Positions 51,256-64,000 of a stretch of 64,000 nt of DNA are shown here, piece by piece. The position numbers were made by a program, and so were the translations under genes. The notes beneath the pieces were generated by a model. It saw only the letters and a program-made list of their open reading frames with translations. It did not search any database and was not told the origin of the DNA. The first letter of the stretch is position 1, and each line of letters begins with the position of its first letter. Origin of the DNA: Chrysomallon squamiferum (Eukaryota; Animalia; Mollusca); contig CM022665.1 of assembly GCA_012295275.1 (NCBI GenBank), forward strand, positions 21,638,001 to 21,702,000, written 5' to 3'.

Positions 51256-52254
51256 CATACAATCATTCAAAAAGAGAATATTCAAAAACATCCTCAAGCA
51301 AAACTAATAGTACAAACATGTATATACAAACATATAAACACATACAAACAAACATACATACAATTTTTTTTTTTTTTTTTTTTTTAAATTTCCTTTTCTT
51401 CTGCTTCTTTCTTTCTTTCATACCTGTTATTATGTTGTTGTTGCTATTGATTTTTTTCTTTCTTCTTTTTCTTCTTTCGTATCGCTTTTCTTATTTATTT
51501 CTTCTTTTTTTAATTTTATTTATCCCTATTGTTTCTGAAATGATGTATCAGAACAAGCTTATTCAGTAATTATTTTTTATTTATTTCATTTCATTGTATT
51601 TCAACTTACTTTATTTTATTTTATTTTATTATATATAAAATACATATATATGACGATTTTTTTTTTCTTTAATATAAAGATTTTATTTTAAAAATATAAA
51701 ATCTAAATCTCTATTTCGATAGAAACAATGTCACTGAACGAATTCGTTTATCAGTACGGTTAACCGTTTCAAGTCTACCGACCACAGACCCCTCGCCAAA
51801 ACTGTTTTTGCTTCATTTCAAAAAAAGTTTAGTTACGGCCATGCACACCTATATACGTACCTACATAATACATACATAGATACTAATGAAACCAAAATTA
51901 ATCAATCAATACAATAATAATAATAATAATAATAAAGATGAAAATTAATTAATTAATGCAAAAAAGACCAAAATTAATTAATTAAAATAATTAAAACTTA
52001 CTGAATAAAGAGAATGTTTTGTCTCACAAACCCAACAGAGTACGTCTTAGCAATATTCTGAATTAACACGACAATGACCAACCAACAAACAGAAAGCAAT
52101 TGTGACAGACAATGAGCATACTGTTAGTATGACGAGTCATATTTATAAGTAGCTATAATGACGAATTAAATTTTCCTGACCAATCAGCAAACATAGGGCG
52201 TGTTTTTCCGATGTTCCTGCTAAGAAAGGTGGTAAGGCTTCATGGGGTATAACG

Positions 52255-52730
52255 TGTCCCCAGTCGTGTTTTCCAAATGATGTCAGCTGTATATACTGAA
52301 TATATAGTCAATCTGACGTAACCGTGGTGAAAACGTATGAAAACCTCTCATTCATTCTAAAGTCAGCCATTTAACTTTATTTACTAATTATGTTCATTTT
52401 AATGTATTCTATTCACATCTTAATTCCAGACGTTTTCCAAGAATTAAATGTAATTACGTAAATTGGGTTTTCACCAGATGTTAAAATGGGTTTTCTCTAT
52501 TAATAGTGACGATGATGCATTGGGAATCCGAGGACATTTTTTTGTTGTTGTTTTTTTTAATATATATTCTGGGTTTTTTTCATAAACTGTTGTATAATAT
52601 CATACTTATTGTTACTCTGCTTCCTGTAGGTGTTGTTAAAATAGTGTTGTTATTGTTTCAGTGACGAACGTCTTCTGTTATCTCCACTTTACAACTGACG
52701 ATATACAAGAAAATAAAAATTATTTATTGT
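52255..52730 (-). pseudogene. Relic deaminase unit: promoter remnant, 3-prime flank remnant and short CDS-like fragment
   Basis: Minus strand 52256-52302 reads IQYIQLTSFGKHDWD (compare TQYIQLTSFENDDWE). 52460-52700 matches the upstream flank of the other copies. Confidence 0.6.
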
Positions 52731-55280
52731 TTCTATATTTATTTGTTTGTTTCATTGGTTGGTTGGTTATTTATTCTGAAGATACAAATGGTTTAACACT
52801 GGTCTTCTCCAGTAGGAAAACAAATTCTGTCTTTGTCACCTCTGCAGTTGGTCGAATTTTACACCCACAACTTGATAGTTGTAAATTACATACAAAGAAA
52901 CACAAACAACAAAATGACTGGACTTTGAACTCCTGCGCTAGTGCATTCCCGAATATTGTCTATTTCTAGAGTCAAATCAGTCGTACAAAAGACAGAGAAT
53001 ATTAAAAAACCTAAAATACGTACGTACATACATACATACATACATTAACATACATATATACAAATGAAACCAAAATTAATCAGTTAATACAAACAACACC
53101 AATATTAATTAATGTATCTTACTGAAAAAACAGAAAACCTTTTTCTCTCAAAACCAGCCGAGGACATCAACAGTACAAGGAATATCTGACTAAAGACTTC
53201 CTATTAGTCATCGAACGTGAAAGTGAAAGTAATATTTTTCCAAGTATTTGAGATTAGATTTGTAAGAAATTTGTGGTTACGTTAAACCTATTATTAGAAT
53301 TTTAAATATCCGGTACTTTTGAATCAGAATTATAAAAATACATTGAGGATCCGATATTTAAAAAAAAATATATGATGTAATTATGAATTAAATTTTCGAA
53401 AAAAAATATGCCGAACTAACAGGAGTGTTAGCCTGATAAATCAACAAACAGATTTCAGAGAAAAAATGACCTTTTTTATCGAGACTGCTACTGGCTAGTT
53501 CTGTAGAGAGTGGCATGTAACAAAAATACATACAAATATACTAACACACTAACCTACATACAAACAAGCATATATATAAACATACAAACATAGAAAAAAC
53601 AAACAAACATACATACAAACATTCAAGCAAGCAGACATACAAACATACAAACAACCAAAAATACAAACAAGCATTAGCAACCAATCCTCAAACAAACAAA
53701 TATACAACAAACAAACATGTATAGAAACAAACATATAAACAAAGATACAAACAAAAAGACAAAGAAACAAACGACAATGTTGAATGAAATAGGAAGTTTT
53801 AAATTTTTATGCAAATCACACAGACATACATACATACATACAGAGTTCATATATACATACATATACACACACAAACATACATACATACATACAAAGATAT
53901 ATATACATATATGTGACGATATTTTTTCTTTAAATAAGGGATTTTATTTTAAAAATATAAAATATAAATCTCTATTTCGATAGAAACAAAAAAAAAAAAA
54001 GAAGAAGAAGAAGAAGAAAAATAAAAAGGAAAAAGCCTGACCTCACGGGTCGAAGAGTCCACGAGACAGGAATTAAATGGAGGATAAAACATTTATTAGT
54101 TTATAGATCGGAGGTCACCCAAGGTAACATGTTGATGCAAGAAATAGGAAATCTTCCTATTCATTTTTAGTGAGCCATTTTGACTGTTTACTAATTATGT
54201 TCATTTTAATGTATTCTGTTCATATCTTGATGTCTTAAAGCAGTCAAGTCCCGAAATTTTCGATATTTTATCAGCTACGTGCAGCTGTTGTTGCTGTTGT
54301 CGTTACTATCATCATCGGCATCTGCTTTATTAACAATTTCACAACAAAAATAACAAAATATACATAGAAAAAAAAAATGTGTTTGTTCGAAATGTACAAA
54401 TAGTTTAACATACAAGTTAGATATATCAACACTAAAACTACCTGACTATAAGTGAAATAACATGAAAAACTAAATCAATCGGCCTATGTCCTTTTTTATA
54501 ATACACAAATTAATTGAGTCTTCAGTTATATTTATTAATTATAATAATACATCTAAATAACATAAAAAACTAAATGATTAAACCTATGTCCTTTATAACG
54601 CATGCAACACTTATATAATAATACATTTAATTAATGCAGTAATTAATTCATTCAACATATATATTTTGTAGGGAGATATCTGAACATCTTTTTTTTTTTT
54701 TTTTTTTCTGTCTTAAAGCAGTTGATTACAGACGTTTCTGATATTTTCTATTATTAACTATGTACTGCTGCTGCTGTTGTCGTTATCATCATCAACATTA
54801 TTATCATCAGCATCTACATTATGAACAATTACAGGACAAAAATAACATAGAAAAAAATGTCTTTATTCAAAATGTACAAATAATTGAACATACAAGTTAG
54901 ATATATCCAACACTAAAACCACCTGACAATAATTGAAATAACAGGAAAAACTAAACCTTTGTCCTTCTTTAAAACACATACATTAACTCAGACTATAGTT
55001 ATATTAGTTAATTATAACAATACATAAAAATAACATGAAAAACTAAATCCCTGGACCTTTGTCCTTATTTATAACACACATTAATTCATGAAACAGTTAT
55101 ATTCCTTAATTATAATAATACATCAAAATAACATGAAAAACTAAATAACTTTATTTATAACAATTATTCATTTGCAAAACAAATACTAATATTACTAATT
55201 CATATGAAAACTATAATTATTAATTCGCATAATAAATGCAATAATTAATTCATTCAACATTATATATAATTATTGGGGAG

Positions 55281-55981
55281 TTAGTTGAAGAACTGTTGTT
55301 TGAGTTTATTTCTGTATTCATTCCGAAGTTCGTGTGTAATTAAATACAGAATGTTTTTGTTCAGTATATCAGTTGTCTTTCTTTCATGACGTAGATATAA
55401 TTCTATGGGATATAAATAACCATTTAAGTTCAGTAAAGTTTTTAACTCATACCAGTCGTCATTTTCAAATGAAGTCAGCTGTATATACTGAGTTACTCGC
55501 TGCAGACCTCGAACATTTTTCAGGTGGTCTCCAGAGTGAAGTGATTCTTATAACCTTGAGGATTTCGTGGATCCTTGTTTATCTTATATAACCCAGCAAA
55601 TGTTATTTTGATATTCACAGTGATTCTCTTGTCTCTCATCTTCTTGACAAAGTCAGTTATCAAGTCACAACATTTCCCACACGGGCTGTAATTCTGGAAA
55701 ACATCGATGGTTACACGATGCCACTTAGACTGTTCTATGAATTCTTTCCACGACTGCACCATGGACTCTTCTGCGTGGTCATCTCGTCCACTGCTGTGAA
55801 ACGACCTGAAACCAGCATTCTTTATATGACAAAATATAACACAGCATTTTGGTCGTTCAACGCTGTCAAGGCCCGTTGTAATCATCACATGAAATAAAAG
55901 AATTTTAAATTCCGGGCTACGTGGGTCAATCGAGTTCAGTCTTCGTAAAAGATCCTTTGGCAGTAGCGTTTGTTTTCCCAT
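55281..55981 (-). pseudogene. AID/APOBEC-like deaminase, copy 5; -1 frameshift near 55529 (153 aa as assembled, 233 aa if corrected)
   Basis: GAG ACC ACC TGA versus GAG GAC CAC CTG in copy 2. The downstream frame continues HLKNVRGLQRVTQYIQLTSFENDDW...QQFFN* to 55281. HAEE and SPCGKC are intact. Confidence 0.82.
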
Positions 55982-56070
55982 TTTCGTAACTGTAAAATTA
56001 GTGTTATTATTGACAACCGTCTTTGTAGCGATCAGTAATAATAAATGTCTGCGTGATGTTTTGCTTTCTG

Positions 56071-56287
56071 TTTTATAAGCTGAAACTGAAAGGAATTTCC
56101 ACTTCCTATAAATAGACCGGTTTGAATTTGGAAAAACCAACTCATGTCACCAGAACTAAATGTAGTTAGTTACCTGAAATAATAAATTGTATAGATTTAT
56201 TGTTCTCGTTGTTAAATCGGGTTTTCCGCAGATGCTAAAAGTAATCTATTAATAACGCCTACGCTGATGGCAATCTGGGGGTTTTCC
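56071..56287 (-). promoter_or_regulatory. Promoter module of deaminase copy 5 with abutting ISRE and kappaB sites
   Basis: TATAAAA (minus) 56071-56077; GAAACTGAAA 56082-56091 directly followed by GGAATTTCC 56092-56100; GGGTTTTCCG near 56219; GGGGTTTTCC 56278-56287. Confidence 0.62.
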
Positions 56288-58832
56288 TTACATGAAAAGT
56301 GTTTTGTTATCTCAGTGTTTTTTCAATATCTCAAAGCGTTGTGCAATAGCTCAAATTTATTTTTACTGTCTTCCGGTAGCTGTTGTTAAAATATTGTTAT
56401 TATTGTTTTCGTGACCAACGTCCACTATTATCTCTACTTTACAATTGACTCTATTCTAGCGATATACAAGAACATAAAATGTATTTATTTATTTATTTCG
56501 TTTCGTTTCGTTTCCTTCTTTCTTTCTTTGTACGTTCATTTTATTTTATTTGTTTATTTATATTATATATTTTTATTTTTTTATTTTGTTGTTTATTTTA
56601 AAGGTACAAATGGTTTGACAGGCACGTCAGATATATCTAACATTGTACAACTACCTTAATATAATAAAACATGAGTAAAGAATTACAGAAGCTGTCAGTC
56701 AAACAATTTTAATTTATAATAATGTTATCATTGCTTTATGATTAGGTTGCTTTTACGTAACTCTATTACTTATAATTAAGTAGCAGTGTGAAAATAATAT
56801 TTGCATTGTCATAACGTGTTTTTATAACGTAATGAAAATCATAGTTACGTTGTCACAACGTATTTTTATAACGTAATGATAACGTTATAGTTACGTTGTT
56901 ACAACGTATATTTATAACGTACTAATAACGTTATCGTTCAGATTTGATTGTGTATTTTCATAACGTAATCATAACGTTATGGTTACTTACATAAATAACT
57001 AATAATAATGCTATTAATTGGTTCTTATTAAGTTACAGCCCACAGTTACGAACGGTGTCCGTTCATGTGTCTGTCTCATAGTCGGAACAGTTACTTATAG
57101 TTCATATCTAGTCTACATTAGTAAATAATAATTCTGTTTGTATTTGATATAAATGATTTGTATACTGAAGACTGAACAGTTCAGTAGAAGTCAGTCTTCG
57201 TAGTGGCTCATCTGATACTGAAATTCGCGTTTTGATACACTGTGTGTACACAGATATACTGATAATTTAATTTTTTTCAAGCCGAGTCTGTCAGCCACTG
57301 CGAAATGAAAGTTATATAGTTAACTTCATATTCTGGCTACTGTGTTGTATGTGTGTGTGTGTGTGTATGCGTGTGTGTGTGTACGTGTAAGTGTGTGTTT
57401 GTATATAGATCGGTATGTATGTGCATATTTGTGTGTATGTATGTGTATGTACGTATATATGTGTGTATATATGTATGGGAATGTATATGTATTTGTATGT
57501 ATGGGTATGTATGTATGTTTGTATCATAAACGTATAAATGTATGGTTGTGTATATAGTATACGTATGTATGTACGAATATATGTATGCATGTTTGAACCT
57601 GTGTATAGTATACATATTATGTATGTATGTATGTATGTGGGTATGTATGTATGTATGTATGTATGTATGTATGTGTGTGTGTGTGTGTGTGTGGATGTAT
57701 GAACTTATGTATGTGGTTGTTGGTGTGTTTTATATGGTGTGTTTTGAGATCAAAATTTTACATTATTATTCCTTTATAATCTAAAAGAAAATAAACGTTC
57801 GCTTTGCCAGACAGTCTAATTCTATATCTGAAAGGTATTTCAAACCTAATACTTAAACCAACAAATAAATAAATAATATTCTCCATATCGAGATGTATCG
57901 AAAGTAGATTTTTATGTCACGGCAGTTTGCTCTTTGTACAAATAACTCCAGCAGACAGGGCTATAGAATTTCTAAAGAAATGCAAAAGATTTGTCACTCA
58001 GAGCAAAGCATTTATTGTCAAATATTTATGCGTCTATCAAATGAGGTGACAGTGATTTGAAAATGAATCTTTACCGTTGTAGCGATATGTCTATCTGAAG
58101 ATTCGTGTTAATCGATTAATCTCTCGTCTGTATATATATTTTAATTGCAGGAGAAGTCCATAAGTATATATGCTCTGCAGATGGTCGAATTTTAAACACA
58201 TCTTGATACGCAAAGTTATGTTATCGACGATATTACTTTCGGGTGAAGCTTTTGTTGTTGTTGTTGTCGGATTTTCTTTTTAAATCTTCCATATTATGTT
58301 GATATATCTTCAGCCTAACTGTGATTTGTTTTAGAGATAGTTTGTCGTCTGTATGTCTGATTTGAGATTCAGTTTTTAGACAAGTGACGTTGCAAATAGC
58401 TTCATAATGAATTCAGTAATTACTGGATTTATGAGCAGCAATGTTCATTCATGAAAATGTATCTGCCAACCGTAAAGGTAAGTCCTCTTTATATACATAT
58501 ATATATATATATATATATTAATTTATAATAATTATTAGTACTTCTCTGTCTGTATGTGTGTCTGTGCGTGTTGCGTGTTTATGTGTATTTATTTTGTTTA
58601 ATTTTGTTTTAGGGTTTATATTGTTCTTGTTGTTATTTTTGTATTTATTTATTATAATTTTTTGTTGTTGTTTCTTTTGCTCTTTTAATGTGTATATTTC
58701 TGTTTATGTTTGTATCATTTTACTAGCATAAAAACATTTAAATACATTTAAAAAAAAAAAAAAAAAAAAGTATTTAGTACGTGTAAATATTAAAAGTAAA
58801 TAAATAATATAATAATAATTATTATAATTATA

Positions 58833-58866
<34 letters not shown>

Positions 58867-58987
58867 AATAATAATAATAATAATAATAAAGAAACAAAGA
58901 AAGAAAGAAAGAAAAAATAAATGAAATAAAATAAATAAATAAATAAAAAGAGAAATATTAATAAATTATTTTTTCAGCTAATAAAAG

Positions 58988-59974
58988 ATGGGAGACATAA
59001 AGACTGATTTTTCTCTGCGGAGACACGTAAGCATTGCTAAATTCTATGACTGGACAGGGGATCTTTTTCAGTGTGTGTCTGTCTCCAAATCCACCATTCA
59101 CGAAAACATGAACGACTTTCCACGCAGTCGCAGTGAAAAAGGAAAACTCCAGAACATTCCATGGTGTTCCGACGGTGTTCGCGTCACTCCAGGTCGGATG
59201 TACTCTAGAGAGAAAGGTCAGTTCACAAAAGGACAAACTGACGTCATTAACGGACTATTTCAAAACCGAGGAAACCTGATTCAAAATGGAGTTTCGCAAA
59301 TCCCAGAGAGTCACAGTAAAGCTTGGCGAGTTGGTAAAGACTCCAGAAATGTCACAAGTCTCCATGGAAACAGATCAGACTCGGTTTGTTCCGGTGTATA
59401 TGCCGTCCCCGATGTAAAAACCTCTGAAAAAGTTACCTCAGTGCCACACTTAGTGGCGAGAAATAATAGACAGGAAGGTAAAAATATCTCGGGCGTTTTC
59501 ATCAGTCCCAAAACATTTAATGTGTTTCCATCGAAAGAAAAACTTTGTGAGAAAAAGCGAAATGTTAAGAAATCAGTTATAAAAGAAGATAAATCGGAAT
59601 GTTCCGGACTATCGGCCGATGAGGACCAAAGCCGCGATAAAACAAACAAAAGAGTGGACCCCGAAAACATATCAACGTCCGGTGATAGGTTCTCTAACGA
59701 AGAGAAATATGGAAATACGTCACCACTTTCTGAGCCAGTGGCATTGGTTAAAGAGCGTTCGGAAGAGAGCGTGGAAGGAAGTGAAAACATAACGGCAGGA
59801 GAGAAATCGAGAAATCGACGGTTGCTGATGGAAGTATATTTACCAACGATACCACACGACCCAACAGAAGACGATATTCAGAAGTCGCTGCAGGAGGGGC
59901 GGCCGTTGTTAGAGAGAGAAAGTCCAATGAGTCATACTCATTTCAAATTCAAAACTTACTCGAATAGATATTAA
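58988..59974 (+). CDS. Uncharacterised 328-aa, largely disordered (Ser/Lys/Glu-rich) protein, single coding exon
   Basis: Long non-repetitive ORF with raised GC; acceptor TTTTCAG at 58977 and an upstream donor AAG|GTAAGT near 58477; no recognisable domain. Confidence 0.7.
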   Translation: MGDIKTDFSLRRHVSIAKFYDWTGDLFQCVSVSKSTIHENMNDFPRSRSEKGKLQNIPWCSDGVRVTPGRMYSREKGQFTKGQTDVINGLFQNRGNLIQNGVSQIPESHSKAWRVGKDSRNVTSLHGNRSDSVCSGVYAVPDVKTSEKVTSVPHLVARNNRQEGKNISGVFISPKTFNVFPSKEKLCEKKRNVKKSVIKEDKSECSGLSADEDQSRDKTNKRVDPENISTSGDRFSNEEKYGNTSPLSEPVALVKERSEESVEGSENITAGEKSRNRRLLMEVYLPTIPHDPTEDDIQKSLQEGRPLLERESPMSHTHFKFKTYSNRY

Positions 59975-60511
59975 AAATTAACTCTTTTATGCCACTCGCT
60001 TAATTTAACGTTCAACGAAATATATATATATATATATGTGTGTGTGTATATGAAGGAAATAGATAAAATCACAAAAAGAGCTCATCTAGGATTTCGGCGA
60101 TGTCAGGCGACTTTAATGGGGATGAATATGACTTACAAGTTAATATTATAAAGAAAAGAGAAAAATACATAGAAATATCTGAAAAGTAAAATAAAACATA
60201 TTGTACCATCTCTCAGAACTGAGTGTTTTTCACTCGATGCATAAATACATTTATTTCAAACTTGGGGTAAAAAAAAGATTGATTTATTAGAGGTATACTT
60301 CACAAATTTCTGTTGAGCTGAAACATAATGTGATGCTAATTAATATTATAATCCAAATAAAACTTGTGCGTTGTTAGCAATAGTATTGTCATTGTTTTAA
60401 ACAATAAAAATATTTTAAAAAACGAAATCTGTCCTTTGTTAATAATAAAGTTTCCAGTAATATAGTAAAACCATGGAAATTTTAAAACGTTTTTTAATGT
60501 TTTAATTTTTT

Positions 60512-60544
<33 letters not shown>

Positions 60545-60931
60545 TTTTGTTTTTTGGTTTTATTTTATTTTTTTTTATTATTATTTTTTTTTGGGGGTTG
60601 TATGCCTGTCATATTTTAATCTTGGCAGACCTGTGAAAACAGTAAAAACAACATCAATGAACACTAACAACAACAAAACTTGAACATTGTGAATACTGTG
60701 GACTCGAATTAGAATATTTATTATACACTATAAAGTAATTATGAACCATATTAAAACCATCAGTTCTAACTATTACTGTTTATATTATGTTGTACGAAAA
60801 CCACTGTGGAATGAATACAAATATTTATTACGTCCTTAATGACATGTTATTATTATTACTACCGCTACTGCTATTAATAATAATCTTCACCATTATTTTT
60901 AACATGATCATTATAATGATAATAATAATAA

Positions 60932-60966
<35 letters not shown>

Positions 60967-61381
60967 CATCGTCGTCGTAATCATTATTATAATGATGAAT
61001 ATTGTATTAATATTACGTGGTTTTTTTTACATATAATAGTGGAAAATACGTATGACGCTATCCCCATATAGCTGTGACTTCACAAACACATTTGATAATT
61101 TGAATACACCTCACTTACAAAGAATGGCTTCTCCTATTTCAGTGACGTAGCGCAGTTTTTTGTAACAACATTATTTGAAAAGAATTGGCTGTCAGCGTTG
61201 AAAAGATTGCGACGATATTAAATAAGAAAAGCATGAATGTTATTAGAAACCTTTTAATACAACTGCCAGCAACTTTCTTACTTTTTAAAGCTTGCTAATC
61301 TGCTTATATATATATATATAGCTGTGATAATAAAGGTATTAAATTTGATTGATTTATTTATTATTACAGCTTCATATGTGT

Positions 61382-61425
<44 letters not shown>

Positions 61426-62599
61426 AGTAAAAACGTTCATTAGAAAATGTAATTATTTCCTCTTTATTTCATAACTGTTTTTTTTTTTTGGGGGGGGGTC
61501 ACTCAATTTCTTTAATTCTTTCCCTTCCTGAGATTTATGCTGTATTTTGTAAATTGGACATACACGTGTCAACAGTGTCAGAAACATAGTGGGTTTAGAA
61601 TCTTTGTATCAAAGTAGAAAATACTGTTAACTCTTGATTTCACTGCCCTCCGTTTCGCGGATAATGTAAAATCCGGACACAATTTCGATAAATCAAAACA
61701 TTTTAACTTACCGCAATTTCCCACTTCAAACCTTACCTCCAGATACTGTTATTCTGAGTCACCGCCACATGATCACAGAAACCCTCACTCAACCCATTTT
61801 CCATCAAGGTAAGAGTAAATTTTACAACTGCATCCATAACCATCCTAACCTAACAAACTTCACCCAACCTAACCTTTTTTTTCTTCTTTAAATATACTGT
61901 ATGTGTTTGTTCACATTGTTGTTGTTTTTTGTCTGTATAGTGTTCTTACATTATTAAAATACTGTATTATACAGCTGTTATGTGTACACAAGTTTAATGA
62001 TTCGGTAAATGTTGCGGGTTAATATTTACATCGCGATTTTTCAGGATTTTGCATTTTCAATTTTAAAACTGATATCTACGATTCTTTTATCAAATATGGC
62101 ACTCGCACCCGAATACACACACCACACTATATATATGCGTATTCTGCGTCCATATTATTTTAATATACTTTTTTTTAGATTCACATTGATTAGCACTAAA
62201 TAAATACATACAAATATTTTGTTAATAAAGAATTCATAGGTTTTAATGACATTTTATTATTGTTATAATTAATTTCTTAAATAGAATTAATAAATATATA
62301 AATAAATGTTCATATTTTCTTAATTTTCTGTCGTTTATACTAAAATAAAACAAAAACAAAAAATTAAATATTTAATGAAATAAAAATAATTAAATTTACA
62401 TAAGAAGGAAGGAAAGAAAAAAAAAAGAATAGTTTTAAAATAATTTAAATCATTTTACTGTGTCATATACTTTCAAAACAATTTTGGCAGATGTTACTCC
62501 TCACCAAATATAATCTTTTTAAAATTATTTCATAATGAATTATTAATTTAAATAAATATAATTTTTGTATATCTAAAACACAGCAACTAGGATTCACCT

Positions 62600-63640
62600 G
62601 GTGAGGGATGACATCCCCACCTACGTGTGAGGATTACGGAAACTGCTACCTGAAAATAGTGGGGGATTGTCCGGTGTCGGCCCGGGACGTGGAATGGAAT
62701 GGAATGGAAAAAAATTAACGTGCTAATCAGAGCAAGCTGTTGTGAAGCACGTCTGCGACAGGCACGCTTTCTGACAGGTCAGCGGGCGTGTCCGTCGCAC
62801 CGGGACGTAGAAAATCCTGTTTTATGTAGTACTAGTTTGCCGACATACGAATGTTCCGCGAAGTAGAAAGAACTAATTGGTTTGTATCTCCTGCGTTGCA
62901 GAGTGAGCCATGTTTTCTTTACCAACGAAATTACTATTCGGGGTAGCAGCTGAGCAGACGCTTGTGTGTGTGTCTTCTTTTCTTTTATTGTAATTTGTTC
63001 TTTTTCTCCTCAGTTTTGTTTTATTTCGCTCGTATTCGTCTCTGCTATTTTAAAGGATTATTGTCTTCGGTTGTATTTTTATATGTGTAGGTTAAATCTA
63101 TACAAACGTTTTACATCGAATTGGGAAACTTGGCAGCTGAACAGGTTCGAGTGATTTATATTGACACAATACGAGGCAGCAGGGATCTGTATTATAACGA
63201 CCATAAACGTCGCGTAAATAAAAATAAATGAGAAATGTGTTAACTCGCAGTACAGAACCTACGTCGTGACTGTGGGCAACATGGATGAAAAGGTAACATT
63301 ACTGACGGACTGGATAGAAGGGCCACGGACTCCAGAAATGTGGAACCACTTTGGCACTGACAGTCACCGGACAAATAACCACTTGGAAGGATGGCACCAT
63401 AAAATCAATCAAATCGCCCAGAAGAGTCCTCTGAACATATCTGAGGTGGTAGGTCTATTGAAACGTGAGAAGTCTACAGTGGAAGTCAAACTACAGCAGT
63501 TAGATGGTCACTGGCGAGCTCCGGCACGAAAACGAAAATACCGAGCTGTCGATGCCAGAATCCGGTCTCTGAAAGACGAGTAGATCAGCCACAACAACCC
63601 TGACACTGAGTACACTGACCACGTCGGCGAGATTTTGCAT
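62600..63640 (+). mobile_element. Internally deleted Mutator/MULE-like DNA transposon remnant
   Basis: 63266-63583 encodes W...WNHF...RTNNHLEGWHHKIN...LKRE, the C-terminal catalytic-E motif typical of MULE transposases. A GC-rich leader carries repeated CCGGGACGT. Element ends are not defined. Confidence 0.75.
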
Positions 63641-64000
63641 TTTAACAGAAAGCTACAAGAATCAACGGAAATATTATTTAAAATATATCACCTTTATTTG
63701 CTTTCCTTCTTCATTTTTTTTAATCATTTCTTTATTTCTTTACTATTTTGTTTGTTTATTTATTTATTTATTCTGTGTTTTGTTGTTTTCTCATATATAT
63801 ACTTCTCTTTGAATATTTAATTTCTTGTATAGCTTGTAATAGTTATAATCGCCGTTATTGTCATACTGTCATTATTGTACGTTTTGCGTTCAAAATGAAT
63901 TATGGAAACAATTAATGTATTGCTGAAGTTTGAATAAAAAATGTTTTGCTAATTTTAAATTGAATAGTTTGTTGTATTAACATATACAAATTAACAGACA

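Noticed and set aside
59311-59790. 159-aa antisense ORF
   Set aside because: Shadow of the 328-aa plus-strand ORF; no independent features.

Overview
AT-rich, microsatellite-dense animal genomic DNA with GT-AG introns, probably a mollusc or other lophotrochozoan (inferred from a Nin/DeuSINE-like remnant and the gene families present). I reconstructed the genes by hand and checked exon phases. (1) A 7-exon, 174-aa uncharacterised gene (minus, 7273-18181). (2) A head-to-head pair of 9-exon short-chain dehydrogenase/reductase paralogs (19854-24482 minus; 24736-30276 plus, the latter with a 1-nt frameshift). (3) A 4-exon, about 303-aa death-effector-domain (DED) gene (minus, 31204-44632). (4) Five AID/APOBEC-like Zn-dependent deaminase copies with uninterrupted coding regions (HAE-x28-PCxxC). 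Three sit antisense inside the 11.3-kb last intron of the DED gene and two lie upstream of it in inverted orientation. Three copies carry a kappaB + IRF/ISRE + TATA promoter module, and the copies show mosaic variation concentrated in loops. (5) A 328-aa uncharacterised ORF, plus several MITEs, a SINE and a MULE transposase remnant. The main candidate system is the interleaved DED-gene / APOBEC-like deaminase array, which looks like an inducible, fast-evolving innate-immunity locus. A second, independent oddity is three minisatellites, each grown from a splice junction. No searches were run, so all function statements are inference from motifs.
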